The position numbers and the translations under genes are program-made. Source: Nitrosopumilus sp. (GTDB taxonomy: Archaea; Thermoproteota; Nitrososphaeria; Nitrososphaerales; Nitrosopumilaceae). Taken from it: a stretch of 64,000 nt of DNA. Positions 30,474 to 41,257 of the stretch are shown piece by piece (the first letter of the stretch is position 1; every line of letters begins with the position of its first letter). The DNA lies in NCBI GenBank assembly GCA_965224195.1, contig OZ245040.1:1600001-1664000 (forward strand), read 5' to 3'. The notes beneath the pieces were generated by a model, which saw nothing but the letters and a program-made list of their open reading frames with translations, ran no database searches and was not told the DNA's origin.

Positions 30474-30917
30474 TCAACGAACAAAATCCTTCAACTCACA
30501 TCCACATGTTCCAAGCATTATCCCATATGTTTTTCCACCAATTTTGAATTTAGATCTACGTAATCTATCATGTGCAAAATAATTACTGTAGTTTTTTGCC
30601 AACAATATGAAAAATAATTCAAACTTATCTGTTCGATCAAAAGAAAGGGCAATTGATCTTGATTTTGTACCACTATTAACAAATTTTTCAATAATTTTAC
30701 CGACATCTAGCGAACTACTTTTCAGTTCAATTATGGCAATTTTTTTATTGTCTTGAAAAACTATACAATCGCACATTTTTTCAGGATTAGTTTTTACTAA
30801 TAATTCACCTTTTAACATTACAAAATTATGTGTATTTCCAATACGAATACTACATTTTTCATTACAGCAAGAAATTTTTGCTGCCAAATACTTGCGTCCA
30901 ATTTTTTGGAGGATCAT
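30474..30917 (-). CDS. Small putative PD-(D/E)XK-type partner of the ABC ATPase
   Basis: CDCIVF..IAIIELK motif; ATGA overlap with the ATPase stop. Confidence 0.55.
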   Translation of the reverse strand: MILQKIGRKYLAAKISCCNEKCSIRIGNTHNFVMLKGELLVKTNPEKMCDCIVFQDNKKIAIIELKSSSLDVGKIIEKFVNSGTKSRSIALSFDRTDKFELFFILLAKNYSNYFAHDRLRRSKFKIGGKTYGIMLGTCGCELKDFVR

Positions 30918-32395
30918 TTTGAATTTTCAAGTAAATTTTGTCGTAGTTTAATAGATTCTGAATGAAGTAGTTCATTGACTTTTACAAATTCCTCTTGAGA
31001 TATTCCTTCTTCATCATTTATTTCAATTGGATGAATGATGTGTTCATTCTCCTTGTCTTGAACAAAGACATAGGGAGACACTTCTTCTGGTAACAAATAA
31101 TCATCTTCTCCAAATCCTAGTTTTTTCCTTGCTTTTGGTTCAATTTTACTAGCAAGCATGAATTTCCCTAATTGTTCCAATAAAAATACACTATGAGTAG
31201 TAATCAACACGTTTAGTCCTGCTCGAATCATTTTTACAAGATATTTTGCAAAAATTAATTGGTTTGTAGGATGCAAGTGTGCTTCCGGTTCTTCAATAAT
31301 CAATAGACTGCTAGAATAAACAATATGTTTTAGATATAATGAAAATGGTGCAATCTCTGAAATTGTTGAGGATGTTCTATGCAATGGAATCTCATTATTT
31401 GAAGAGCGATAAGTGATTTCAGGAAAAGCGCCCTTTGTACGAGCAGGTAATCTGATATGGCCATGAAGAAGTTCAGATTCTAACTGCTCAGCCAATTTAA
31501 AGAAGGGTCCAAAGCGATGAGGAATTAAAATAATATTTGAAATGAAGTCAGACACCACCCCAGTCAGCTTAGGCACTTCAAAAGATTCAATCCCGCCAAA
31601 GGGCGCACTTTTAATTATGCTTGCAGAAAGTGCTTTATGCCCCTGCAATATGCCTGATCTTGCTGCTGGAAAGTAATATGATTCGGCAGGAAGGGTGTCA
31701 TGTTTTAGTCGTTGAGATACTGACCGTATTAAAGTACTAGCAAGCTCATATTTCAAAAAGTCTTTTGCATTTTCTTTACTAATAGTTATTGTGATTACTC
31801 CGTTTTCCTCGCTTTCCATCATATAGTCCACTTCTTTTGGAGAGATCTTTACTTTGTATTTGAAATTAAAACTGGAGGCAGTTTTGACACTTAATTTTTT
31901 ATTTATCAAAATATTAAATTTAGTAGAATTTGAAACTGAAATTTGCGCTGATTTATGTTTCGCACTAATAAGTTCGGTGATTGGAGATGCAAAATTTCTA
32001 CTTATCGCAGATTCTAAATTCTTGCTAAATACATCTTGAGTTAATGAAACAAAAATTTTTTTTGTGATATTTGCAGGGATAGAAAAGGTGTCTTTTCCTT
32101 TATTTATTTTAACTATATTTAGGATCTCTTTATCTAATAATCGATTTATTCCTACTAAAGAACCTGAAAAATGATAAGGTCTGTCATAAGGATTGATTTG
32201 ATTTTCAGAAGATAAAATGGAATGAATAAGCATTGCAGCATATGATTTTCCAGAATTATTAGGACCTACAAAAACGGTCAAGGGTTTTAATTGTATACTT
32301 CCTTTTTTTATTGGACCAAAATTTTCTAAATCAACTTTCAAATCAATTTTTACAGAACTTTGAGTTCGTTTTCTACGACTCTCTCTAAAACTCAT
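30914..32395 (-). CDS. AAA_15/AAA_21 ABC-type ATPase
   Basis: LENFGPI, Walker A GPNNSGKS, Walker B LLIIEEPEAHLHP, H-loop ITTHS. Confidence 0.9.
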   Translation of the reverse strand: MSFRESRRKRTQSSVKIDLKVDLENFGPIKKGSIQLKPLTVFVGPNNSGKSYAAMLIHSILSSENQINPYDRPYHFSGSLVGINRLLDKEILNIVKINKGKDTFSIPANITKKIFVSLTQDVFSKNLESAISRNFASPITELISAKHKSAQISVSNSTKFNILINKKLSVKTASSFNFKYKVKISPKEVDYMMESEENGVITITISKENAKDFLKYELASTLIRSVSQRLKHDTLPAESYYFPAARSGILQGHKALSASIIKSAPFGGIESFEVPKLTGVVSDFISNIILIPHRFGPFFKLAEQLESELLHGHIRLPARTKGAFPEITYRSSNNEIPLHRTSSTISEIAPFSLYLKHIVYSSSLLIIEEPEAHLHPTNQLIFAKYLVKMIRAGLNVLITTHSVFLLEQLGKFMLASKIEPKARKKLGFGEDDYLLPEEVSPYVFVQDKENEHIIHPIEINDEEGISQEEFVKVNELLHSESIKLRQNLLENSK

Positions 32396-32536
32396 ACTGG
32401 CAAATGAATTCTTTCTTTGAAAAACATTTCCATTCTATACTTTGGTCAAAACTAGGCGAATTTCCAACTGATGGTACACTGTTCCAAACTCGGGTCATTT
32501 GCCCCTAGTGTTCAATTAGGGACATAGAATATTAAA

Positions 32537-32758
32537 TTAGGTGTTAGAAGGATTACAATACTTGCAATCTTCAAAGTCAAGATTACGATTAGAAGATAAT
32601 AAACTTGCTATCAGTCTGGCATTTTGATATGTAGGAGCATAAAACCACTCATAATCATTTCTTTCGTGTTGTTTATCATAATTACATTCTTCTTTGTGTA
32701 TTTTTATCTCTGTAGCGTCTACCACATCCGAACATATTGCAAATTTACATTCTACCAT
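32537..32758 (-). CDS. Small Cys/His-containing hypothetical protein
   Basis: IKIHKEEC...DCKYCNP. Confidence 0.55.
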   Translation of the reverse strand: MVECKFAICSDVVDATEIKIHKEECNYDKQHERNDYEWFYAPTYQNARLIASLLSSNRNLDFEDCKYCNPSNT

Positions 32759-32787
32759 GAAATATGATTATCTAACTTGGTAAAAAA

Positions 32788-33069
32788 TTAAGAGTTCATC
32801 CTCAACCAACAACTATCCTTGCCATTAGATAGCCATGCAAACTTGTGTAGTCTCAAAATATCATTAATTTCTCTCCAAATCTGTGTGTCAATCCATCCTC
32901 TAGGGGAAACTTTGATTGAATCACCTTCATTGATTATTGTAACCTTCTTAATTCTCTTTCCAAGATTGTTTACAAAGTTTACTTTGATTCCAGACAGTTT
33001 TATCAAATTACGATACTTGTTATCTAAGATCAAGATTAATTCCTGCTGACTGAGCTGGTGTCTTGCCAT
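32788..33069 (-). CDS. Small hypothetical protein
   Basis: 93-aa ATG ORF, co-oriented with its neighbours. Confidence 0.55.
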   Translation of the reverse strand: MARHQLSQQELILILDNKYRNLIKLSGIKVNFVNNLGKRIKKVTIINEGDSIKVSPRGWIDTQIWREINDILRLHKFAWLSNGKDSCWLRMNS

Positions 33070-33296
33070 CTAACCCCTTATGTGGTTTTACAAAGTTATG
33101 ATTGATTTTAAACAACTCTTCAAATTTTTGATCAGAGGTGTATGGAGAAAATTAAATACACTGTCAATTCTTAGGGACATTTCATTTTCTTGATTTTGAG
33201 ATACAACAACAAAAATGTAATGCTTTTTCATCATTACTTGATTATGTGCCAGTGGTGAATAATTGGTAACCGCCAAAAACTATTACAAAAATTAAT

Positions 33297-34949
33297 TTAT
33301 TTTAACAAGTTTAATGTATCATCATATGCTCTTGGCAAAATTTTTTGGGTTTTGGATATCAAAAAATTGATTGCAGAATCAAGCACGTATGTTTCTGCAT
33401 GATCAGTTTCACTTCTTATTGAGCGGCCAAAACCTTGGAGTAATTTCATGAGAGTTTGTGAGTCATACCATAATGGGAATCTTTTCATTTTCTGTACTGT
33501 TCGTTTTTCTGTCAGTGGCAAGTAAGGAATTTTGGCAATTATCTGGAATCTGGATAATTCATCTTTCAAATCCACTCCCTCCCATAATGAAGAAGAAAGT
33601 AATACGCTGGCTTGATCATTTTCATGCTCTTTTAGTATCTGATTTTGGGTTTTTTGTCCAGGATTTTGAGCATGGCAAATTTTGACACGGTTACGATTTT
33701 TAGGGGGCAGGTGTTTCTTGATAAAAGTGCAGCTGGCTACAGACGATGTGAGTATCAGGCCTCTCTCTGTAGAATGCTTGGTTAGCAATTCGTCAATTTT
33801 TGTAACAATGCACATTTTGTCTTCAAAAGTAGAACGGCTGTTCATTTGTTTGATGTTTAAAAAATTCACTCTTCTGTTTTTTAATGGAAACGGCGATTTT
33901 GGGGTATCAATAAATGCAACCTTTGATTCATCAAAGCCCATTATTTCACAAAAACTTTTTCTGTCGATAGTTGCAGACATGAAGATCTGATGCTCAGTAT
34001 CAAAAAAATATTCAATGAAATTTGATATGTCTAGGGGTTTAATTTCAACATGATCAAAATTGCCATCAATGTCTTTTTGCGGTTCATTTATTACAAAATT
34101 CTCTTTATCTTTAGAGATATTTCCATGGGTTCTTGCTGCTTTTTCTAACTGATCTGTATATCTTGAGTATTTTTTATGGTCTTTATCATTTTCATCCTCC
34201 ATCCTACGTAATAATTCAGCATATGTTTTTCTCATACTGTCCAATAAATCCAAAATGGCCTCTATTTTTTGAATATCATACCTTGTTACATCAATTTTAC
34301 ATTCGTCTAATTGCTTTTTTGTGATTTTTGTCCCAATAAAATTAATAATTTGCTCTTCAATTTTATGAGATTCGTCAAAAATTGAAACACTTTTTCCAAT
34401 ATATTTTGCAAATGCTTTTTTGTTAAGCATTAGTTGAAAGAAAGAAGAATAATTCCACAAAGAGTGATCAGATGTTAATGCAACATATTTTTGTACGTAA
34501 TAATCACACATATTGGCAGGTTTTCCTTCAACCTCAATTTCTTCAATATTTGGCTTGTGTTCGCAGTGCTTTACGCCCGTTCCTGTTTTTCCCTCTTCAC
34601 ATTTTCCTTTTTCACAGGTAAGCTGCATAGTAGATGCCAAAATCGGATCTTCAATCTTTTTTTCATTCATTAGTTTAAGGCATGGAAAATTTGATTTTCC
34701 CTTTACTGGACATAGTATTGGATAGTCATCACTGTATTGATCCTGGAGATGTTTTGATGCAGTAACTATGAATGAATTTTTAAAATACTGTGCCAGTGTA
34801 ATCCCTATAGCCGATTTACCCGCTCCTGTAGGCGCTGAAACAATAATTTTTTTGTATCCGGAATTGATCTTTTCTTCTATTTCACTAATGATCTCTTCTT
34901 GAATTTTTCTTGGGACTAGTATTTGGGGGAAATATTTTAACATGGACAA
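33297..34949 (-). CDS. DinG/XPD (Rad3)-family SF2 helicase
   Basis: APTGAGKS, KGKSNFPC and further Cys, DESH, MSAT, WEGVD, QGFGRSIRSETD. Confidence 0.9.
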   Translation of the reverse strand: MSMLKYFPQILVPRKIQEEIISEIEEKINSGYKKIIVSAPTGAGKSAIGITLAQYFKNSFIVTASKHLQDQYSDDYPILCPVKGKSNFPCLKLMNEKKIEDPILASTMQLTCEKGKCEEGKTGTGVKHCEHKPNIEEIEVEGKPANMCDYYVQKYVALTSDHSLWNYSSFFQLMLNKKAFAKYIGKSVSIFDESHKIEEQIINFIGTKITKKQLDECKIDVTRYDIQKIEAILDLLDSMRKTYAELLRRMEDENDKDHKKYSRYTDQLEKAARTHGNISKDKENFVINEPQKDIDGNFDHVEIKPLDISNFIEYFFDTEHQIFMSATIDRKSFCEIMGFDESKVAFIDTPKSPFPLKNRRVNFLNIKQMNSRSTFEDKMCIVTKIDELLTKHSTERGLILTSSVASCTFIKKHLPPKNRNRVKICHAQNPGQKTQNQILKEHENDQASVLLSSSLWEGVDLKDELSRFQIIAKIPYLPLTEKRTVQKMKRFPLWYDSQTLMKLLQGFGRSIRSETDHAETYVLDSAINFLISKTQKILPRAYDDTLNLLK

Positions 34950-35196
34950 GTATTGTTTTTGAGATTTGTAAATATTTTAGAGTTACTACAACGTTCTCAA
35001 TTGATTTAAGATCCACTGACTTTACTAAGATCATAGATTCTGATGTATTCTAGTGGACTGATTACTGTTTTGCACCAGAACTCAAGGAAAATTCAATTTG
35101 AAGAAGATCCGTATTTCAGGTCTTGATTACTTGACAGAGCCTAAAATTGTGGATCTTTTTTATCAATTCTACTGCTTTTTGAATATTTGCAATTTA

Positions 35197-36978
35197 TTAT
35201 TCATCTTCAAAATAGGAATCATTCATTTCTTCATTTGGTCTTAAATCGTTCCAAAGAACAAATATTCTATATAAATCACTTTTCTCTTTATCATTACATA
35301 GTATTTTGATTTTGTTTATTTCATCACATTGTGTTTGTGAGAGATAAAACTTATGTCTATCAAACCAATACATTATGTCATGATATTCTTCACTGTCAAG
35401 AATTTTTTCTTCAGATTGAATTCTTAATTTATTCAAATATTTCTCAATTTCATTTTTTTTAATTTTAGGTAATAATTCCGGATATAAATCGACCATGCCA
35501 TCTTCTGATATGATTACTGCTACACATTTTTTGTTATTCTTTTCAACATATTTGACTGCTGAATTATATCTTGCACCTCTTGCAGAATTCCCTTTATTTG
35601 TAGCAATACCATCTAATATTACCCCTATTGAATGACAAATACTATGTGTATCAAGTATCACTGCACCGTCAATTGAAGTCACATTTCTTACCAATGATTC
35701 ATTTAACATAGTTGATTCAATGTTTATTGATTGATTTGCTAATCTAACGGCTTCTTTTTCTGCTTCATTTGAAATAATCAATAACGCACCATGCTTTTGT
35801 ATCATCGCAGTATCTACTATTTTTCTTAAATTTTCAATATCTTTTATTGAAATATTTACAAATACACGTTTTAACAAATCTTCAAAAACTTCCTGTTTGA
35901 TTTTTACTTTCGGTATTCTGGGATTTGTGTGTTCTACTATTAACATAGTGTGATTTCCATGCTCCAGTTCCCATTTATGAGAACCGCTGAAATTGACTTT
36001 TGCAAGATCTTGATTCTTTTTATCATATTCTCCTTTCATCTTGCCTAGTCCCAAAATTTCTAATCCGTTACTACACAATGACAAATCTCTTGCTGCAATT
36101 TCTAACAATTTTCGAATTTTTCTGTATTCCGATAATTTGACAGGAATTGCTAATTTTATAGATAATTCTAGATTTGGATGTGTTTCTTTACAAACAATCA
36201 TCTTTCCTATACTTGAATCTCCTTCGTATTTTAACGAAGAAACATAATTGCATGTATTCAAAAATTGCCAAGGTTCCCTTGATTCACATACTGTAGATAT
36301 TACTGAACTGACAAAATTTGATGCTGCAATTCTCATTACTTCTTTTTTATCTGTCCTGATGAATTGTGGATCTGTAGCTGCTCTTGGCCTATACATTGTA
36401 TCTAATGACTCTTCTAAAAATGCCCGTATTAGAGAATCAAGCAATGATACATTCGAAAACCTATCTGTTTTCTTTAATCCGTAAAATGAATCGTAGATAT
36501 TTTCTTCAAATTGTAATATTATAAAAATTTCATAACCTTCAAGATGCACAGATTGAGATACAAATGATATTATTTTTTCTCTTTCAAAATTTTCATCTAT
36601 TAATTGCTGTACTGCACTTCGTACAGAGTCTCTTTTTATTTTGTTATGGTGATTTTCATGAATGTATGGCATTCCATGAAATATGTTTCGCCTTCCATCT
36701 TTCTCCCAAATTGAATTGGTCACATTATCTACATTATTAAATAATTCAATATTAACTCCACAATCTTCTGGTTGTATGCAAACAGGATATTGAATATGTT
36801 TTATCTCTTCTTTTTTATCTCGCAAAATCCCTAACAAAAATACTTTGGGTTTTAATTTTGATGAAATTTCTTGAAATAATTCATTGGCATATAATTGGAG
36901 TGAGCCTTGTGTTGAATGTTGATGTGCCCACATAAAATATTGTAAGGGAGTACCGTAATCTCTAATACCGTCAAACAT
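35197..36978 (-). CDS. DisA_N/DAC (diadenylate-cyclase-like) domain protein with a long N-terminal region
   Basis: KHGALLII, SIDGAVILD, GVILDG, SARGARYNSA, VIISEDG. Confidence 0.85.
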   Translation of the reverse strand: MFDGIRDYGTPLQYFMWAHQHSTQGSLQLYANELFQEISSKLKPKVFLLGILRDKKEEIKHIQYPVCIQPEDCGVNIELFNNVDNVTNSIWEKDGRRNIFHGMPYIHENHHNKIKRDSVRSAVQQLIDENFEREKIISFVSQSVHLEGYEIFIILQFEENIYDSFYGLKKTDRFSNVSLLDSLIRAFLEESLDTMYRPRAATDPQFIRTDKKEVMRIAASNFVSSVISTVCESREPWQFLNTCNYVSSLKYEGDSSIGKMIVCKETHPNLELSIKLAIPVKLSEYRKIRKLLEIAARDLSLCSNGLEILGLGKMKGEYDKKNQDLAKVNFSGSHKWELEHGNHTMLIVEHTNPRIPKVKIKQEVFEDLLKRVFVNISIKDIENLRKIVDTAMIQKHGALLIISNEAEKEAVRLANQSINIESTMLNESLVRNVTSIDGAVILDTHSICHSIGVILDGIATNKGNSARGARYNSAVKYVEKNNKKCVAVIISEDGMVDLYPELLPKIKKNEIEKYLNKLRIQSEEKILDSEEYHDIMYWFDRHKFYLSQTQCDEINKIKILCNDKEKSDLYRIFVLWNDLRPNEEMNDSYFEDE

Positions 36979-37087
36979 TCTCTTCTGATTTCTAAATTGA
37001 TCTTAATAATAATTTAATTTTCAGATTCCGTAATTAACGAATCTTAAAACTAACCATTTAGACAGCTTTTGAAGATCATCGGGATTC

Positions 37088-37904
37088 ATGAATAATACAA
37101 TTTACAATAATTTCATGCAATTTACAGAACTGACTGACAAGCAATGGAAAATGACAGACCGGCACATCTCAAAACCTGCTACTACAGGACATCCACAAAG
37201 CAATGACAGAATGGTTTTAAACGGAATCATCCATGTTTTGATTTCTGGATACAGGTGGAGTGAGATGCCAAAAAAATACGGCGATGATTCAACTGCCAAT
37301 CTGAGATTACACAAATGGTAGCAAAAGGGAATTTGGAAAAGGATTCTCAAATGTGTAATAAAATCTGCACATAAACAAAACAAGGTTAATCTGAAAAAAA
37401 TATCAGCTGGTTCATCATCAATTCCAAACAAAAAAGGGGCAGCATGATTAGGTATGACGGGTTCAAAAGAACGGCAGGCACAAAGATACATGTTGCAGCA
37501 GATGGTGGCGGTTTGCCAATTTCAATTAGAACCAGTTTTGCAAATATTCATGACAGTACGAAATTCATTGATGTGATGGAAAACATTTCAGAATGTTTGG
37601 ATGGATTCATGATGGAAGAAATTGTGGCAGCCTGTGCTGAGAAGGTATATGACAGTATGACAATCAAAAATTATCTGAGAGACAGAAGCATCATTCCATG
37701 TATTCCAAAAAGAAACTTCAAGAAAACCAATAAAAAAAAATACAGTTACAAAAACTACAAGATTTGTAGTTGAGGGATTCTTTGCTTGGCTCAAAAATGG
37801 ATTCCATAGAACAACAATCAGATATGAAAGAGTAGCAGAAAATTATCTGGCATTTGTTAACATTACATCATTTTTGATGTATTGCAGGGTTTTGAGATGA
37901 GTTG
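37088..37904 (+). mobile_element. IS5-family (IS427/IS1031-like) element, inactivated
   Basis: ELTDKQW..GYRWSEMPKKYG; internal TAG at 37319; A6G4 slippery site; GTKIHVAAD; right TIR GTTTTGAGATGAGTTG at 37889-37904. Confidence 0.85.
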
Positions 37905-38101
37905 ATCTTACAGAAGAACTTGGGAGTGGCATTGACGATATCATCACAACTACTGATTGTTTTATTGCAACATTGGATTATTTGGAACGTGGGTAGAGGA
38001 ATACTCATGCCAATTAATGTGAATTTCAGATTAGTTGGATCTTTAGGCATAAACATCATTTTTCGAAAATTTATAAGGCATATGATGTATACTATACACA
38101 A

Positions 38102-38245
38102 ATGGCATTAAGAGAAATTCTACCATTGGAAGAAAAAGATTGGAATGCACTAATAAATGATTTAGAGCAAGGTCAAACCGAAGAACAATCTGATTTCTTA
38201 CAGGAGTCTCTTAAACATGCAAATAGCCTCAAGATTTCTAGATAA
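38102..38245 (+). CDS. 47-aa putative antitoxin of the GNAT toxin (not in ORF track)
   Basis: MALREILPLEEKDWNALINDLEQGQTEEQSDFLQESLKHANSLKISR; ends 3 bp before the GNAT start. Confidence 0.6.
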   Translation: MALREILPLEEKDWNALINDLEQGQTEEQSDFLQESLKHANSLKISR

Positions 38246-38248
38246 TAA

Positions 38249-38776
38249 TTGTCTAAACCTGAAATTGATTTTGATAAAATAGTAGTCACACGTCTTAGTG
38301 AAACCACTGTTGGTATTGATAGCTTTAAGAATTCAAAACAAGAAATGGTAGATCATATTCAAAAGGAAGCACTTAGAGATCAACATCTAAAAATTGGAAC
38401 TACTTGGGTTTGGGTTTATGATAATAAAATTGCGCTGGGATATATTTCACTTGCAATGTATTCAATAGATAAAAAAGACATTCTACATAATCAAGATGAA
38501 TCAGCACAAAAATATCCATATGGGACTATTCCTTCTTTATTAATTGGTCAAATTGCAACTCATCATGATTATGAGTGTAATAAAATTGGACAATCTATGG
38601 TTTCTTGGGCAATTAAACAGGCATTTGAATATTCAAAAGAAGTTGGTTGTAGAACTGTTGCGCTTCATCCACATGAAGATGTAATTGAATGGTATAGTAA
38701 GAAATTAAAATTCAAACATATCAAAAGAGACAACAAACAAGATGTAATGTATTTCAACCTTCTAAAAAAATCTTAA
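38249..38776 (+). CDS. GNAT acetyltransferase, AtaT/TacT-like toxin
   Basis: GYISLA, KYPYGTIPSLLIGQIATHHDY..KIGQSMV, EVGCRTVAL, WYSKKLKF. Confidence 0.8.
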   Translation: MSKPEIDFDKIVVTRLSETTVGIDSFKNSKQEMVDHIQKEALRDQHLKIGTTWVWVYDNKIALGYISLAMYSIDKKDILHNQDESAQKYPYGTIPSLLIGQIATHHDYECNKIGQSMVSWAIKQAFEYSKEVGCRTVALHPHEDVIEWYSKKLKFKHIKRDNKQDVMYFNLLKKS

Positions 38777-39036
38777 TTTTTTTGTTACTCTTGTATATTT
38801 ACGTCACATTGCTAATTCACAATATTTTTTTTCCAAGTTTCGAAACTCAAATAAAATCCAGAGCCTTTTTTGAGCGTTTTTGGCCAACCCCATCTTCCAT
38901 TAGAGCAAGGATTTGAAACAGACCCAAGCTGGTCTTTGACACTTGGGCATACTCATCTAAAACAAAGCATAAACACATGAAGCAACAAATTACCATAGTT
39001 GAATCTTGCAGAGTTTGCAGGCAGGTGCCACATTAC

Positions 39037-39992
39037 CAACTCATCTCAAAACAGATCATTTAGTGAATAATTGATGATCTATGAACAACAATATCTCAAA
39101 TCAATTCATGAAATTCAAAGAATTGACAGGCAAACAGTGGGAAATGATGGAATCATGTGTTCCTCCACCTGCAAAAACTGGCAGGCCAAGAGATGCAGAC
39201 AGAAAAATCATCAACGGAATCATTTATGTTCTGACAACTGGATGCAGATGTGATGACATGCCAAAAAAATACGGCGATGACTCCACTGCAAACAGGAGAT
39301 TAAACTCTTGGCAGCAGAAAGGAATCTGGAAAAAGATTCTCAAATGTATAACTGCATCTGCAAACAAATCAGGCAAGCTAAACCTACAAAAGATATCAGT
39401 TGACTCATCATCAATTCCTGCCAAAAAAGGGAGAGATGTCATAGGATTTGACGGATTCAAGAAAATAACAGGCACAAAAATACATGTTGCAGCAAGTAAA
39501 AGAAAGAGCTAAAGAAAGACAAAAAATACAAGAAAATAACAGGCACAAAAATACATGTTGCAGCAGGGCAAAACGGCTTGCCAGTATCAATTGTGTGCAG
39601 TCCTGCAAATATTCATGACAGTACAAAATTCATTGACGTTATGGAACCTGTTTCAGATTTTGTAGATTGTAATTCCATCAGACAGATTGTATCTTGCTTT
39701 GCAGACAAGGGCTATGATGCAAAGTACATCAGAAATTACCTGAGAGACAGCGGCATTGATTATTGCATTCCATACAAAAAGAATTCAAGGATTATTTTAC
39801 AAGACAACATACAAAATAACGGTTGCAGCAATTACAACAAGACAAGATTTGTTGTAGTGAAGAGATTCCTTGCTTGGCTGAAGAATGGATCTCATAGGAC
39901 AGGAATCAGATACGAAAAGAGCTGTGAGAATTATTTATCATTTGTTTGCTTGGCATCAATTCTGATGTATTGGGGGGTATTGGGATGAGTTG
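39037..39992 (+). mobile_element. IS5-family element with 16-bp TIRs; transposase disrupted
   Basis: CAACTCATCTCAAAAC / GTATTGGGATGAGTTG (14/16); VDSS, ADKGYD, IRYEK motifs; 71-bp insertion at 39495-39565. Confidence 0.9.
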
Positions 39993-40780
39993 AATATCTG
40001 TCCAAATATGTTCCAGATGGCTCATACATCAAAATACAATATTGGATACTTTCTTCAAAATTATCATTTGCAGAAATAAAGAAATTGTCATTTGAGTCAG
40101 TATCAAAGTTACGATAATTAGTAAATGTGTTACCTAGGATTGATTCTAAAGTTACAACATTTTGAATTATTCCATTTTTGTCATATGTGGTAATTACGGG
40201 TTCAAAAACAGATAATGCTTGTATATGTCCAGAATCAATTACATTAATCCAAGATCGTACTCCAAACGAAGCAATAGGAGCATAATTTTCATCAAAAAAA
40301 AATACGGCATTAGTATCAGTAACATAAACAGTTCCATCAGAAGCAACCTCAACATCAAATGGATTTTGGATTTGAGGTGTAGTTATAGTTGTTACAAAAT
40401 CACCGTCAGAATTAAAAACTAAAGTTCTAACCCCAGAGATTCTGCAAGATAGATATTTCCCAAAGAATCAGCAGCAATTCCATTCAATCCAGAATGAAGG
40501 TTATCTCAGAATTTTGTCCATCGATAAATAATATAAGATTTTTGTCTAAATCAAAAACTTGAATTCCAGTAAAATGTTGAACAGTATACAATAATCCAGA
40601 ATCATCAAGATGCATATCTGTTGCTCGAACTATTTGATCATTTTGATTAATCAAATCAAAGGTATTCAATAGATTGAATTCCAACTCTTCAGCAAATGCT
40701 TCTGAAAAACCAATAATTCCTATAGATAAAATTCCAAATAAGACAGAAAGAATGGCCTTGTTTAACATGGATATATTCAT
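39993..40780 (-). pseudogene. NHL/beta-propeller surface protein, frameshifted and cut by the IS5
   Basis: Signal peptide; DMHLDDSGLLY, GIAADSLGNIYL and FDVEVASDGTVYVTD repeats in shifting frames. Confidence 0.7.
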
Positions 40781-41020
40781 GAAAGTATGAACTTCATTTA
40801 AGGATGTTCAATCACATTAGTCATAAAATAATCAAAAAAATATCAAGTTTTAAAATCTAAATTAAACAAATGATTACTCAAGAAAGAGAGTCCTTCAAAT
40901 ATCATAATCCCCTAGTTAGAATATGATAAAAAATAACCATGGATTTTGTAATGATGTTTCTTGCAAATGTGACTGCCATGAGGGATCAAGTTTTAGAAGA
41001 GGGAATAGGAAAAGACAGTA

Positions 41021-41257
41021 TTGTTAGAAAAACAATTCAATCCAGAGATGCTGTATAATAGAATAGTTCATTTCTATATAGATAAAAAAGGATTTTCAAA
41101 AGACAAGGCAAATGAAATTGCCCAAACAGTGGTACAAAAAGAAGCTATACGAAGAATTTGTAAAAATGAAAAATGTAAACACTTTTCCCATGATCATATT
41201 AGAAATGCAGAGACATGTCTAGTAGATAATTGTGAATGTAATGAATTTACTAAGTAA
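41021..41257 (+). CDS. Small Cys/His-rich hypothetical protein
   Basis: CKNEKCKHFSHDH...CLVDNCECNEF. Confidence 0.7.
   Translation: MLEKQFNPEMLYNRIVHFYIDKKGFSKDKANEIAQTVVQKEAIRRICKNEKCKHFSHDHIRNAETCLVDNCECNEFTK

Noticed and set aside
34995-35170. Imperfect inverted repeats around AAGATCC/GGATCTT between the helicase and DAC genes
   Set aside because: Too degenerate to distinguish a MITE or RNA from chance in AT-rich DNA.
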